Shown here one piece after another: positions 10,936 through 22,285 of a stretch of DNA of 64,000 nucleotides. The notes under the pieces were generated by a model that ran no database searches, was not told the DNA's origin, and was given only the letters and a program-made list of their open reading frames with translations. Both the position numbers and the translations under genes were made by a program. The stretch's first letter is position 1; every line of letters begins with the position of its first letter. The stretch comes from an uncultured Burkholderiales bacterium (lineage in GTDB: Bacteria > Pseudomonadota > Gammaproteobacteria > Burkholderiales > Burkholderiaceae_C), in assembly GCA_903887325.1 (NCBI GenBank), contig CAISPG010000093.1:9931-73930 (forward strand). The letters run 5' to 3'.

Positions 10936-10963
10936 GCCCTCCCTCAGCGGAGGGCTTTTTTTT
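10936..10963 (+). terminator. Rho-independent terminator after the MFS gene
   Basis: gccctcc-ctcagc-ggagggc hairpin followed by 8 T. Confidence 0.85.
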
Positions 10964-10996
10964 ACCTACAATCGCCCACCTCTGAGGAGAGTCTTC

Positions 10997-11926
10997 ATCG
11001 ATATCCTGTTGCAACAAATCATCAACGGTCTGGTACTTGGCAGCATGTATGCGCTGGTTGCATTGGGTTACACCATGGTTTACGGCATCATCAATCTGAT
11101 CAACTTTGCCCACGGTGAAGTGCTGATGGTCGGTGCTTTGACCAGTTGGACGGTGATCGGCGTCTTACAGGAATATGCACCCGGTTTGCCCGGATGGCTG
11201 ATATTGTTGATATCACTTATTTGCGCCTGCGTGGTGGCTGCAGCTTTGAACTTTGCGATTGAAAAAATCGCTTACCGGCCTTTGCGCGGTGCGCCCAAAC
11301 TCGCGCCGCTGATCACGGCCATTGGCATGTCCATTTTGTTGCAGACATTGGCCATGGTGATTTGGAAGCCTAACTACAAATCCTTTCCAACCCTGTTGCC
11401 GAGTGATCCGATTCCCATCGGCGGCGCAGTGATCACACCGACTCAGATTTTGATTCTGGCGGTCACTGCGATGGCCTTGGCTGTGCTGATGTGGCTGGTC
11501 AACGGTACCCGCCTGGGCCGCGCCATGCGTGCGACGGCGGAGAACCCGCGCGTCGCTACGTTAATGGGCGTGAAGCCCGACATGGTGATTTCGGCTACCT
11601 TTGTCATCGGCGCTGTGTTGGCGGCATTGGCCGGTGTGATGTGGGCCTCCAATTACGGCACGGTGCAGCACGGCATGGGTTTTCTGCCAGGCCTCAAAGC
11701 GTTCACGGCAGCCGTTTTTGGTGGCATAGGCAACCTGGCCGGAGCCGTGGTCGGCGGCATTCTGCTCGGTCTGATCGAAGCGATTGCCTCGGGTTATATC
11801 GGCGACCTGACCGGCGGCGTGTTGGGCAGCCATTACGCGGATATTTTTGCATTCGTGGTGTTGATCATCGTGCTGACCTTGCGTCCTTCAGGGCTGTTGG
11901 GTGAGCGCGTGGCGGACAGGGCATGA
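10997..11926 (+). CDS. livH: branched-chain amino acid ABC transporter permease
   Basis: DILLQQIINGLVLGSMYALVALGYTMVYGII..INFAHGE; expected start position holds ATC (see findings). Confidence 0.9.
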   Translation: MDILLQQIINGLVLGSMYALVALGYTMVYGIINLINFAHGEVLMVGALTSWTVIGVLQEYAPGLPGWLILLISLICACVVAAALNFAIEKIAYRPLRGAPKLAPLITAIGMSILLQTLAMVIWKPNYKSFPTLLPSDPIPIGGAVITPTQILILAVTAMALAVLMWLVNGTRLGRAMRATAENPRVATLMGVKPDMVISATFVIGAVLAALAGVMWASNYGTVQHGMGFLPGLKAFTAAVFGGIGNLAGAVVGGILLGLIEAIASGYIGDLTGGVLGSHYADIFAFVVLIIVLTLRPSGLLGERVADRA

Positions 11927-11930
11927 CCGT

Positions 11931-13028
11931 ATGAAACACGCTCAGCCCACCGCTTACAAGCGCTACACGCTGTGGGCTATCGTCTTGCTGGTCTTGCCTT
12001 TGCTGTTGCAAACCATAGGCAACGGCTGGGTGCGTATCGCCGATATGGCTTTGCTTTACGTCTTGCTGGCGCTGGGCCTGAATATTGTGGTCGGTTACGC
12101 CGGTTTGCTGGACTTGGGCTTTGTGGCCTTTTTCGCCGTCGGCGCATACATGTTCGGACTGCTGGCCTCGCCGCATTTGACCGATACCTTCCCGGCCATT
12201 GCCGCCATGTTTCCTGGCGGATTGCACACGCCTTTGTGGGCAGTCATTCCTTTGGGCGCAGGTCTGGCCGGTTTGTTCGGCGTGTTGCTGGGTGCGCCCA
12301 CTTTGAAGTTGCGTGGCGACTATCTGGCGATAGTCACCTTGGGCTTTGGTGAAATCATCCGCGTCTTCATGAACAACCTGGACAACCCGGTGAACATCAC
12401 CAACGGGCCCAAAGGTCTGGGTCAAATTGACGCCATGACCGTCATGGGTCATCCGCTGTCGCGCAAACTGGATTTAGGCTTTATCGAGTTGCCCGGTGTC
12501 ACCCAGTATTACTACCTGTTTTTGTTGGTGGTGTTGGTCAGTGCACTCATTTGTTACCGCATGGAGCATTCGCGCATAGGACGCGCCTGGATGGCGATTC
12601 GCGAAGATGAAATCGCTGCTAAAGCCATGGGCCTAAATACGCGCGATCTCAAACTCATGGCCTTCGGCATGGGCGCGGCTTTCGGTGGTGTGGCCGGTGT
12701 GTTGTTTTCTTCGTTCCAAGGCTTTGTGTCACCCGAATCCTTCAGCTTGATGGAGTCGGTCATGATCGTTGCCATGGTGGTCTTGGGCGGTTTGGGTCAT
12801 TTGCCGGGCGTGATTTTGGGCGCGGTGCTGTTATCAGCGCTCCCCGAAGTGCTGCGCTATGTGGCCAGTCCCTTGCAAGAGTTGACAGGCGGCCGCTTAG
12901 ATGCTGCCATTCTTCGCCAACTGTTGATCGCATTGGCCATGATTCTCATCATGTTGTGGCGTCCGCGCGGTTTGTGGCCTGCACCCGAACACGGTAAGGC
13001 CTTGCCTGCGGATAAGAGGTCTGCATGA
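11931..13028 (+). CDS. livM: branched-chain amino acid ABC transporter permease
   Basis: LALGLNIVVGYAGLLDLG, LRGDYLAIVTLGFGEI, GRAWMAIREDEIAA motifs. Confidence 0.92.
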   Translation: MKHAQPTAYKRYTLWAIVLLVLPLLLQTIGNGWVRIADMALLYVLLALGLNIVVGYAGLLDLGFVAFFAVGAYMFGLLASPHLTDTFPAIAAMFPGGLHTPLWAVIPLGAGLAGLFGVLLGAPTLKLRGDYLAIVTLGFGEIIRVFMNNLDNPVNITNGPKGLGQIDAMTVMGHPLSRKLDLGFIELPGVTQYYYLFLLVVLVSALICYRMEHSRIGRAWMAIREDEIAAKAMGLNTRDLKLMAFGMGAAFGGVAGVLFSSFQGFVSPESFSLMESVMIVAMVVLGGLGHLPGVILGAVLLSALPEVLRYVASPLQELTGGRLDAAILRQLLIALAMILIMLWRPRGLWPAPEHGKALPADKRSA

Positions 13029-13795
13029 GTACGCCGGTGTTGAATGTGCAAGGCATTTCCAAGCGGTTCGGCGGCTTGCAGGCGCTCAGTGATGTCGGCA
13101 TGACGATTCAGCGCGGCCAAGTGTATGGTTTGATCGGCCCCAACGGCGCTGGCAAAACCACGTTCTTCAATGTGATCACCGGTTTGTATGCGCCTGATAC
13201 CGGCAGTTTTGAATTGGCCGGCAAGCCATACCAACCGACTGCGGTGCATGAAGTGGCCAAGGCGGGGATTGCCCGCACGTTTCAAAACATACGTTTGTTT
13301 GCCGAGATGACGGCGCTGGAAAACGTCATGGTCGGGCGGCATGTGCGTACCGGCTCCGGCCTGCTCGGGGCGATTTTTCGCAGCAAGGCTTTCATGGCTG
13401 AAGAAGCGGCGATTGAACAGCGCGCACACGAGTTGCTGGCTTATGTAGGCATCGCAGAACTGGCTGATTACAAAGCGCGCACTCTCAGTTACGGTGATCA
13501 GCGCCGTCTGGAAATTGCCCGCGCCCTGGCCACCGACCCCAAGTTGATTGCACTGGACGAACCGGCAGCCGGCATGAATGCCACCGAAAAAGTGCAGCTG
13601 CGTGAATTGATTGACCGCATACGCAAAGACGGGCGCACCATTTTGTTGATCGAGCACGATGTGAAGTTGGTCATGGGCTTGTGCGACGCAGTGACTGTGC
13701 TGGACTACGGCAAGCAAATCGCACAAGGCACACCGGCGCAGGTGCAAGTCGATCCCAAGGTCATCGAAGCCTATCTGGGCACGGGGGAGCACTGA
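13025..13795 (+). CDS. livG: branched-chain amino acid ABC transporter ATP-binding protein
   Basis: GPNGAGKTT Walker A, LSYGDQRRLEIARALA, LDEPAAG; ATGA overlap with livM. Confidence 0.93.
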   Translation: MSTPVLNVQGISKRFGGLQALSDVGMTIQRGQVYGLIGPNGAGKTTFFNVITGLYAPDTGSFELAGKPYQPTAVHEVAKAGIARTFQNIRLFAEMTALENVMVGRHVRTGSGLLGAIFRSKAFMAEEAAIEQRAHELLAYVGIAELADYKARTLSYGDQRRLEIARALATDPKLIALDEPAAGMNATEKVQLRELIDRIRKDGRTILLIEHDVKLVMGLCDAVTVLDYGKQIAQGTPAQVQVDPKVIEAYLGTGEH

Positions 13796-14508
13796 TGAAC
13801 ACATTGCTGCAAGTCACTGATTTGCGGGTCGCCTACGGCGGCATTCAAGCTGTCAAAGGTGTCAGCTTTCAGGTCAACGAAGGTGAACTGGTGTCTCTCA
13901 TCGGCTCCAACGGCGCCGGTAAAACCACCACCATGAAGGCCATCACCGGCTCTCTCATTCCTTCGGCGGGTCGAATTGAATACCTGGGCCGGGACATCCG
14001 TGGTCAAGGCAGCTGGGATTTGGTCAAACAAGGGCTGGTCATGGTGCCCGAGGGGCGCGGCGTGTTCACGCGCATGAGCATTCTGGAAAACCTTCAAATG
14101 GGCGCGTATGTGCGCAACGATGCCGCCGGGATTCAATCGGATATTGAGCGCGTTTTCACATTGTTTCCGCGCTTGAAAGAGCGGCGTGCGCAGCTGGCCG
14201 GTACCTTGTCCGGCGGCGAGCAGCAAATGCTGGCCATGGGCCGTGCCTTGCTGAGTCGCCCTAAGCTGTTGTTGCTGGATGAACCCTCTATGGGTTTGTC
14301 GCCCCTCATGGTCGACAAAATTTTTGAAGTGATTGCCGAGGTGGCCGCGCTGGGGGTGACCTTGCTGCTGGTCGAGCAAAACGCCAGCCGCGCCTTGAAA
14401 ATGGCGCAACGTGCCTACGTCATGGAATCCGGCGAAATCAGCATGCAGGGCGACGCCAAAGCCCTGCTGCATGACCCGAAAGTACGCGCCGCCTACCTCG
14501 GTGAATAA
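13795..14508 (+). CDS. livF: branched-chain amino acid ABC transporter ATP-binding protein
   Basis: [40 protein letters not shown]; TGATG overlap with livG. Confidence 0.93.
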   Translation: MNTLLQVTDLRVAYGGIQAVKGVSFQVNEGELVSLIGSNGAGKTTTMKAITGSLIPSAGRIEYLGRDIRGQGSWDLVKQGLVMVPEGRGVFTRMSILENLQMGAYVRNDAAGIQSDIERVFTLFPRLKERRAQLAGTLSGGEQQMLAMGRALLSRPKLLLLDEPSMGLSPLMVDKIFEVIAEVAALGVTLLLVEQNASRALKMAQRAYVMESGEISMQGDAKALLHDPKVRAAYLGE

Positions 14509-14515
14509 TGGCGGT

Positions 14516-17500
14516 ATGAGCCAAGGTTTTATTCGCATACGCGGTGCCCGTCAGCACAATCTCAAAAACATAGACATAGACATCCGTACCAACGAGTTGA
14601 CGGTGTTCACCGGCCCCAGCGGTTCGGGCAAATCCAGCCTGGTGTTTGACACTTTGTACGCCGAAGGTCAGCGCCGTTATGTCGAAACCTTCAGCGCCTA
14701 CGCGCGTCAATTTCTGGACCGGATGGACCGCCCGGCGGTGGACAAGGTCGAGGGCGTGCCGCCAGCTATTGCGATTGACCAGACCAACCCGGTACGCAGT
14801 TCTCGCTCGACCGTCGGCACCATGACCGAGTTGAATGACCATTTGAAGTTGTTGTTTGCCCGCGCCGGTCAGTTGTTCGACAAGCAAACCGCCCAAGCGG
14901 TAGCGCACGACAGCGCCGACAGCATTTTCAAAAAACTGATGACCTTAAGCGACACAGATCCGCGCTGGGTGATCACATTCCCTGTCGAGTTGCCAGCCAA
15001 CACCAGTGCCGATGAATTGCAGGCATGGTTAAGTGCCAGCGGCTTCACCCGCATACACGCGCAACGCGAAGTGACTTATGTGGCTGATGCCGCGCCGGTC
15101 GCCGGTAAAAAAACCACTGCCGCGAAAAAAACTGCGGCTGCCAAGAAAACCGCCAAAGCCAAACCGGAGATAGACGGCAAACGCCAGGTGCTGGACGTGG
15201 TGGCAGACCGTTTTCGTTTGCAAAACGTCGAGCATGTGCGCGCCATGGAAGCGATTGAGCTGGCTTTGCAGCGCGGCAGCGGTCGCTTGACTGCTTACCG
15301 CATGCCTGCGGACGCAGAAGCAGACAGCACTGGTGAAGCCTTTCGCTTTTCCACCGGCTTGCATTGCCCGGACAGTGATTTGCGCTACAGCGAACCCGTG
15401 CCGTCCATGTTTTCATTCAATTCACCGGCAGGTGCCTGCCCGGTGTGCAAAGGCTTTGGCCGGGTCATCGGTGTCGACTATGGCTTGGTGATTCCTAATG
15501 ACAAACTGACTTTGCGCATGGGCGCCATCAAACCCATGCAAACACCTGCGTGGCAAGAGTGTCAGGACGATTTGATTCGGCACGCCGAAAGCGCAGGTAT
15601 TCCGCGCGACACCGCCTGGTACAAGCTGACCGACGAACAAAAAAATTGGGTAGTACACGGCTCGCCCAACTGGAACGGCAAGTGGAACCAGCAATGGTAT
15701 GGCGTGAAGCGTTTCTTTGAGTATTTGGAAACCAAGTCTTACAAAATGCACATCCGTGTGCTGCTCTCCAAGTACCGCTCTTACACCTTGTGCGGCGAAT
15801 GCAATGGCGCACGTTTGCAAACCGAAAGCCTGTTGTGGCGCATCGGCAGTTTGGCCGGCGCGGACCTGGCCATGCCAGCCGCGAAACGTTTTTTGCCCAC
15901 TGGTGTGAGCTGGTCACGCTCTCAGTTGGAGACATTGCCCGGCTTGTGTTTGCACGACATGATGTTGCTGCCCATCGATCGTTTGCGGCAGTTTTTTGAC
16001 CACATGGCCAGCGATGCTTCATTGACGGCGCACGCACAGGCAGAGCAACAAGCGCTGCATTTGCTGCTGGATGAAATCCGCACCCGCTTGAAATACTTGT
16101 GCGACGTTGGCATCGGCTATTTGAGTTTGGACAGGCAAAGCCGCACCTTGAGCGGCGGCGAGGTGCAGCGCATCAACCTGACCACGGCACTGGGCACGTC
16201 GCTGGTCAATACCTTGTTTGTGTTGGATGAACCCAGCATAGGTTTACACCCGCGTGACATGCACCGCATCACACAGGCCATGTTGCGCTTGCGTGATGCC
16301 GGTAACACGCTGGTGGTGGTGGAACACGACCCGGCGGTGATGCTGGCCGCGGACCGGATTGTCGACATGGGCCCGGGCCCGGGTGAGCGCGGCGGCCAGG
16401 TGGTGTTTGACGGTACGCCCTCTCAGTTGAAACATGCGGACACGCTGACCGGCGCATACCTGGGCGCGCGCAAGCAAGTCGGCGTGGGTTTGAAGCGCAT
16501 GGTCAGCGATGCCACGCCGCGCCTCATTCTCGAAGGTGCACGCGAACACAACTTGCACAACCTGAATATCGAGTTTCCGTTGCAACGCTGGGTCACGGTC
16601 ACCGGGGTCAGCGGGTCCGGCAAATCCACATTGATTCAAGACATACTCGCCCCGGCGTTGTTGCGTCATTTCGGTAAAAGCACCGAAGGCGCTGGCGCAC
16701 ACGACCGTTTGCTGGGTGCTGACCATTTGAGTGATGTGGTGTTTGTCGATCAATCTCCGATTGGCAAAACTGCGCGCTCCAACCCGGTGAGTTATGTCGG
16801 TGCTTGGGACGCGATTCGCGAAATCTTCGCCAACACCGCGATGTCGCGTCAACGCAGTTACACCGCGTCCAAATTCAGTTTCAACGGTGGCGATGGGCGT
16901 TGTCCGACCTGTGGCGGCTCCGGTTTTGAGCATGTGGAAATGCAGTTCTTGAGCGATGTGTATTTGCGCTGCCCGGATTGCGACGGCCAGCGTTACCGGC
17001 CTGAAATTCTTGAGGTCAAGATAGAACGCAAACACCCTGTCTCCGGTCAGATGCTGTATTTGAATGTGGCCGATGTGTTGAACCTGACCGTCAGTGAAGC
17101 GGCGCAATTGTTTGCCAATGACCGCGACGTGATACGCGCTTTACAACCCATCGTCGATGTCGGCCTGGAATATGTGCGTTTAGGGCAGCCGGTACCTACA
17201 CTCAGCGGCGGCGAAGCGCAGCGCTTGAAGCTGGCCGGTTTTCTGGCAGAAGCTGCGAAGACAGCGTCATCAAGCCGTCAACCGGCAGCCCGCAAAGGCG
17301 TGCTGTTTTTGTTTGACGAGCCGACCACGGGTTTGCATTTTGATGACATTGCCAAGCTGATGCGCGCTTTGCGCCGCTTGCTGGATGCCGGTCATTCGCT
17401 GATCGTCATCGAGCACAACCTGGACGTGATTCGTGCCAGCGACTGGTTGATTGACCTCGGCCCCGAAGGCGGCGAGGGCGGTGGTTTGCTGGTGGCAGAG

Positions 17501-20485
17501 GGTACGCCGGAGCAATTGCGGGATCATCCGAGCTCACACACCGGACAGGCCTTGCGTGCTTATGTGGAGGCCATGGGTTCGTTGTTGGTTGGCGCTGCGG
17601 ATGAGCTTGCTGATATGGCTTCGGGTCTGTTGAGTGATGCGCTTGATAACAGGCCGGACTCCTCATATGACAAGCCAACATCGTCGCCCGGCCTGTCGCC
17701 AAGCTTGCCCGCGCAAACAGCAAGCAGCGCACGACCAATCACAACAAATAAAGTATTGGAAGTGGCCGAGCCGTCGGCCAAGTACCTGGGCCAGGTGTTG
17801 AACAACAACATACGTATCGTCAACGCCAAAGAACACAATCTCAAAAATCTGAGCGTAGATATTCCACGCGGCCAGTTCAACGTGGTCACCGGTGTCAGCG
17901 GTTCCGGCAAATCCACGCTGGCGTTTGACATACTGTTCAACGAAGGCCAGCGGCGCTATTTGGAAAGCTTGAACGCCTATGCGCGAAGCATCGTGCAGCC
18001 TGCTGGTCGCCCGGAAGTGGATGCGGTTTACGGCATACCGCCGACGGTCGCGATTGAGCAACGTCTCTCGCGCGGGGGCCGCAAAAGCACAGTGGGCACC
18101 ACCACTGAGGTCTGGCATTTCTTGCGTTTGCTGTATGTGAAGCTGGGTACGCAACATTGCATACATGACGATGCAGCCTTGCAACCGCAAACCCCGGATC
18201 GCTTAGCAGCCTTGTTGATGAAGCAGTTTCGCGGTCAGCACATAGGCTTGCTCAGTCCCTTGGTGATGAACCGCAAAGGTGTGTATACCGAGTTGGCTGA
18301 TTGGGCGCGCCCGCGCGGCTTCACGCATTTGCGGGTGGATGGTCAGTTTTTGCCGACTACCGGTTTTCCGCGTTTGGACCGTTTCAAAGAACACACCATC
18401 GAATTGCCCGTGGCCAGTTTGACGGTAGAACCAGCCCGCGAAGCAGAGCTCAGGCAGGCTTTGATGACAGCGTTGGAACACGGCAAGGGCGTGCTGCATG
18501 TGCTGAGCGACCTCGATGGTTTGCACCAAGCCATGGAACAGGGCGAAGACACCACGCACATCGGTCGCTTGCAGGCTTTTTCGACACGTCGCGCCTGCCC
18601 GGTGTGCGACACCTCCTACGCCGAGCTTGACCCGCGCTTGTTCTCCTACAACAGCAAGCACGGTTGGTGTACTTCCTGTGTAGGAACCGGCACCGCATTG
18701 ACGCGCGAGCAGCGCGCAGCGCTGGACGATTCAGTGCAAGACCCGCAAGAACGCGGGCGTGAAAAAAGTTTTGCCGAACCTGAACTCGAAGACGTGGCAG
18801 ACCAAACATGTTCTTCATGCCACGGCACCCGCTTGAACCCAACCGCGCGTGCCGTCAAGTTTGCCGCTGTGTCCATCACCGAATTGGCGCGCATGAGCGT
18901 GGTGCGCATACGTGCCTGGGCCGATGGTTTGCAGTTGACAGGCCGTGAGGCGGAAATTGCACGCGACCTGTTGCCCGAAATCCAAAGCCGGTTGGAGTTT
19001 CTGGAAAGCGTTGGTTTAGGGTATTTGACTTTGGACCGGGGTGCACCCACGCTCAGCGGCGGCGAAGCGCAACGCATCCGCTTGGCCGCACAACTCGGCA
19101 GCCATTTGCAAGGCGTGTGCTATGTGTTGGATGAGCCCACCATAGGCTTGCATGCGCGTGATAACCGCATTTTGTTGGACGCATTGAAAATCCTCAGCGA
19201 CAAAGGCAATACGCTGGTGGTGGTGGAACACGACGAAGACACCATACGCCGCGCTGACCACATCATCGACATCGGGCCGAGTGCCGGTAAACGCGGCGGG
19301 CATTTGGTGGCGCAAGGCTCGGTGGCCGATTTGATGGCCGCACCCGATTCACAAACCGGGCGTTACTTAAAGCACGCCATGCGGCATCCCATGCAATTGC
19401 GCCGTCTGGTGACGCCGAAAAAAGACATGCTCAGAGTCGCCGGTGCTTTTTTGCATAACCTGAACAAGATCACGATTGACGTTCCCCTACAGCGACTGGT
19501 TGCCGTCACCGGCGTCAGCGGTTCGGGCAAATCGACGATTGCACGCGATGTGTTGTTGACCAATGTGCACGCGGTGGTAGCGCAGCGCTCCACCCAGGCC
19601 GGACGCAAAGCGAATGACGCAGGCAAACACCCGGCGTGGGTCGGATGCACTTCAATCAGCGGTTATGAAAGCGTCGACCGTGTGTTGGAAGTGGACCAAA
19701 CGCCCATCGGCAAAACACCGCGCAGTTGCCCGGCCACCTACATCGGCTTTTGGGACACGATACGCAAGTTGTTTGCAGATACCTTAGAGGCCAGAGCACG
19801 CGGCTACGGCCCCGGGCGCTTTAGCTTCAACACCGGTGAAGGCCGTTGTCCGGGCTGCGAAGGCCAAGGCATGCGCACCATTGAAATGAGTTTTCTGCCG
19901 GATGTGAAGGTCTTGTGCGAGGTGTGCAAAGGTGCGCGCTTCAACCCTGAAACGCTGGCGGTGCGCTGGCGCGGCAAAAGCATTGGCGACGTATTGCAAA
20001 TGGAAGTGGATGAAGCGGTGGAGTTTTTCGCTGCCATGACGCAAATCAGTCACCCTTTGCAATTGCTCAAGGACGTGGGTTTGGGCTACTTGACGCTGGG
20101 ACAACCGTCACCGACTTTGAGTGGTGGCGAAGCGCAGCGCATCAAACTGGTGACCGAGTTATCCAAGGTGCGGGACGACATCACCCGGCGCGGCCAGCAA
20201 GCGCCGCACACGTTGTACGTGCTGGATGAACCCACAGTGGGTTTGCACATGGCCGATGTGGATAAGTTAATCCGCGTGTTGCACCGCCTGGTGGATGGCG
20301 GCCACAGCGTGGTGGTGATCGAACATGATCTGGATGTGATCGCCGAAGCCGACTGGGTGATTGACCTGGGACCTGAGGGCGGCGACGGCGGCGGCCGCGT
20401 GGTGGCCGCTGGCACGCCCGAGGCGCTGGTGAAACTGGGCACACACACCGGTCATGCTTTGGAAGCGGTTTTGGCGCGTCAATGA
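14516..20485 (+). CDS. uvrA: long, internally duplicated excinuclease ABC subunit A (two UvrA units, four ABC ATPase domains)
   Basis: GARQHNLKN start; Walker A motifs near 14612, 16604, 17891 and 19511; four LSGGE signatures; several CxxC zinc motifs. Confidence 0.9.
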   Translation: MSQGFIRIRGARQHNLKNIDIDIRTNELTVFTGPSGSGKSSLVFDTLYAEGQRRYVETFSAYARQFLDRMDRPAVDKVEGVPPAIAIDQTNPVRSSRSTVGTMTELNDHLKLLFARAGQLFDKQTAQAVAHDSADSIFKKLMTLSDTDPRWVITFPVELPANTSADELQAWLSASGFTRIHAQREVTYVADAAPVAGKKTTAAKKTAAAKKTAKAKPEIDGKRQVLDVVADRFRLQNVEHVRAMEAIELALQRGSGRLTAYRMPADAEADSTGEAFRFSTGLHCPDSDLRYSEPVPSMFSFNSPAGACPVCKGFGRVIGVDYGLVIPNDKLTLRMGAIKPMQTPAWQECQDDLIRHAESAGIPRDTAWYKLTDEQKNWVVHGSPNWNGKWNQQWYGVKRFFEYLETKSYKMHIRVLLSKYRSYTLCGECNGARLQTESLLWRIGSLAGADLAMPAAKRFLPTGVSWSRSQLETLPGLCLHDMMLLPIDRLRQFFDHMASDASLTAHAQAEQQALHLLLDEIRTRLKYLCDVGIGYLSLDRQSRTLSGGEVQRINLTTALGTSLVNTLFVLDEPSIGLHPRDMHRITQAMLRLRDAGNTLVVVEHDPAVMLAADRIVDMGPGPGERGGQVVFDGTPSQLKHADTLTGAYLGARKQVGVGLKRMVSDATPRLILEGAREHNLHNLNIEFPLQRWVTVTGVSGSGKSTLIQDILAPALLRHFGKSTEGAGAHDRLLGADHLSDVVFVDQSPIGKTARSNPVSYVGAWDAIREIFANTAMSRQRSYTASKFSFNGGDGRCPTCGGSGFEHVEMQFLSDVYLRCPDCDGQRYRPEILEVKIERKHPVSGQMLYLNVADVLNLTVSEAAQLFANDRDVIRALQPIVDVGLEYVRLGQPVPTLSGGEAQRLKLAGFLAEAAKTASSSRQPAARKGVLFLFDEPTTGLHFDDIAKLMRALRRLLDAGHSLIVIEHNLDVIRASDWLIDLGPEGGEGGGLLVAEGTPEQLRDHPSSHTGQALRAYVEAMGSLLVGAADELADMASGLLSDALDNRPDSSYDKPTSSPGLSPSLPAQTASSARPITTNKVLEVAEPSAKYLGQVLNNNIRIVNAKEHNLKNLSVDIPRGQFNVVTGVSGSGKSTLAFDILFNEGQRRYLESLNAYARSIVQPAGRPEVDAVYGIPPTVAIEQRLSRGGRKSTVGTTTEVWHFLRLLYVKLGTQHCIHDDAALQPQTPDRLAALLMKQFRGQHIGLLSPLVMNRKGVYTELADWARPRGFTHLRVDGQFLPTTGFPRLDRFKEHTIELPVASLTVEPAREAELRQALMTALEHGKGVLHVLSDLDGLHQAMEQGEDTTHIGRLQAFSTRRACPVCDTSYAELDPRLFSYNSKHGWCTSCVGTGTALTREQRAALDDSVQDPQERGREKSFAEPELEDVADQTCSSCHGTRLNPTARAVKFAAVSITELARMSVVRIRAWADGLQLTGREAEIARDLLPEIQSRLEFLESVGLGYLTLDRGAPTLSGGEAQRIRLAAQLGSHLQGVCYVLDEPTIGLHARDNRILLDALKILSDKGNTLVVVEHDEDTIRRADHIIDIGPSAGKRGGHLVAQGSVADLMAAPDSQTGRYLKHAMRHPMQLRRLVTPKKDMLRVAGAFLHNLNKITIDVPLQRLVAVTGVSGSGKSTIARDVLLTNVHAVVAQRSTQAGRKANDAGKHPAWVGCTSISGYESVDRVLEVDQTPIGKTPRSCPATYIGFWDTIRKLFADTLEARARGYGPGRFSFNTGEGRCPGCEGQGMRTIEMSFLPDVKVLCEVCKGARFNPETLAVRWRGKSIGDVLQMEVDEAVEFFAAMTQISHPLQLLKDVGLGYLTLGQPSPTLSGGEAQRIKLVTELSKVRDDITRRGQQAPHTLYVLDEPTVGLHMADVDKLIRVLHRLVDGGHSVVVIEHDLDVIAEADWVIDLGPEGGDGGGRVVAAGTPEALVKLGTHTGHALEAVLARQ

Positions 20486-20535
20486 GGCAAGCGCGTTGTG
20501 CCGCAGCGGGCTGACTACAATCCCCGTTGCTGACT

Positions 20536-21774
20536 ATGAATATAAATACGCAACGCCAAATCGACGCTTGGGCCGGACCTCTCTTATGTGGCATGGTGTC
20601 GCTGTGGGACAAGTGCTTTGGCCACAAGCTGAACCGGTCTGAGCCAATCCAAAAAGTACTGGTCATCATGTTGTCCGAAATGGGCAGCATGGTGTTGGCC
20701 GGCCCCATGTTTGCCCAGATCCGCAAAAACCATCCGGGCGCTGAAATCCATATTCTGCAACTCAAGCGCAACCAATCCGTGGCTCGCTTGCTGGGATTGG
20801 TGCCTGAAACGCATTTGCACGGCATTGACGACAGCGGTTTGTTCAGTCTGTTAGGGGATTTAGGACGCGTGCTGTGGCGATTGCGCGGTTTGAAACTGGA
20901 TGCGGTGATTGATTGCGAACTGTTTTCACGCATCAGCGCTTTGCTGGCCTATGGTTGCGGTGCTCGCTTGCGCAGCGGCTTCACCCCTCATACACAGGAA
21001 GGTTTGTACCGCGGATCCTTTTTCAACGCAGCGATTCCCTACAACCCGTACCGGCATATCACCCTGCAATTCATGGCGCTGGTTTATGCCTTGTCCAGCG
21101 CTAGCGAGCCGCGCACCAAAGCCATGCCCTTGACCATCAAACCGCAGGACTCGGGTTTGCAGGTGCATTTCAGCGGCGGCGACATGGCCTCGTTCATCCG
21201 CGACTTGCGCCGTGACCATCCCGTGTTCATGCAGGCTGACAAGAGAATTTTGTTTTATGCCGGTGGTGGTCTGTTGCCCATTCGCGCCTGGCCGGCGGCG
21301 CATTACGCGACGCTGGCCAAAGCCTTGTGCGAGCGCGGATACGCTGTCGGCATCATCGGTTTGCCTGAAGACCAGGCGCTGGCGCAAACGATTCAAGCGG
21401 AATGCGGCCATGTCAACTGCCTGAACTTTGTCGGCTACACCAAAAATCTGGAAGCTTTGACACGCTTGTTTTTTCACAGTGATTTGCTGATCACCAATGA
21501 CGGCGGACCCGGCCATTTCGCCAGCCTGACGCCGGTTCGCACTTTGATGTTTTTCGGCCCCGAAACCAGTGCGTTGTACGGCCCCTTAACCCCGCGCGCG
21601 GTGGCTTTAGAAAGCCATGTCGCTTGCTCGCCTTGCGTGACTGCTTATAACCACCGCGCCACGCCATGCGATGGCGACAACCAATGTTTAAAGCAAATTC
21701 TGCCGGCACAGGTGCTTGAACTGGCTTTGACACAGCTTGAGTTGTGTGAACCCCGGGATGCCGCCTATGTCTGA
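20536..21774 (+). CDS. glycosyltransferase family 9 (heptosyltransferase-like) protein
   Basis: KVLVIMLSEMGSMVLA, PIRAWP..HY..LA, LITNDGGPGHFA, FFGP motifs. Confidence 0.82.
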   Translation: MNINTQRQIDAWAGPLLCGMVSLWDKCFGHKLNRSEPIQKVLVIMLSEMGSMVLAGPMFAQIRKNHPGAEIHILQLKRNQSVARLLGLVPETHLHGIDDSGLFSLLGDLGRVLWRLRGLKLDAVIDCELFSRISALLAYGCGARLRSGFTPHTQEGLYRGSFFNAAIPYNPYRHITLQFMALVYALSSASEPRTKAMPLTIKPQDSGLQVHFSGGDMASFIRDLRRDHPVFMQADKRILFYAGGGLLPIRAWPAAHYATLAKALCERGYAVGIIGLPEDQALAQTIQAECGHVNCLNFVGYTKNLEALTRLFFHSDLLITNDGGPGHFASLTPVRTLMFFGPETSALYGPLTPRAVALESHVACSPCVTAYNHRATPCDGDNQCLKQILPAQVLELALTQLELCEPRDAAYV

Positions 21775-22285
21775 CACGCGCTTGCCAGTTGAGCTGCCCG
21801 CGTGGCTGCGTCGTGCTGAACCGCTGTTGCAACGCATTTTTAAATGGCGCTACCTGCGATTCGCCACGGTCGGTGCATCCGGCACCGTGGTCAATATCGC
21901 TGTTTTGTTTGCCATGCAGGAATGGGTGTTGCCGCTGTTGATTGCTGACAAGTCCTGGCGTTTGTCGCTGGCGCTGGTCTTTGCTATTGCAGTGGCCACG
22001 GTCAATAACTTTGCCTGGAACAGCTTGTGGACTTGGGCTGACCGATTGCTTGATGAACCGGGTTCACGACTGGCCATGGACCGGTCCACCGGCAAACGTT
22101 TTGTGAAATACGCGCTGTCTTGCTGGCTGGGCATGTTGATTCAATACGGTCTGACCTTGTTTCTGTCGGCTTACATCTATTACCTGCTTGCCAATATCTT
22201 GTCCATTCTGCTGGCCAGCGTTAGCAATTACCTGACCAACGACTGGTGGACTTTCCGTCAAAAGCCGGTCACGCCCCGGGAATGA
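21767..22285 (+). CDS. GtrA-family flippase-like membrane protein
   Basis: RFATVGASGTVVN, NNFAWNSLWTW, SNYLTNDWWTF pattern; about 4 hydrophobic helices. Confidence 0.85.
   Translation: MSDTRLPVELPAWLRRAEPLLQRIFKWRYLRFATVGASGTVVNIAVLFAMQEWVLPLLIADKSWRLSLALVFAIAVATVNNFAWNSLWTWADRLLDEPGSRLAMDRSTGKRFVKYALSCWLGMLIQYGLTLFLSAYIYYLLANILSILLASVSNYLTNDWWTFRQKPVTPRE

Noticed and set aside
20503-20536. Hairpin and gctgacta direct repeat before the GT9 gene
   Set aside because: Short and not distinguishable from chance; no U-tract; a TACAAT in the loop suggests a plain promoter.
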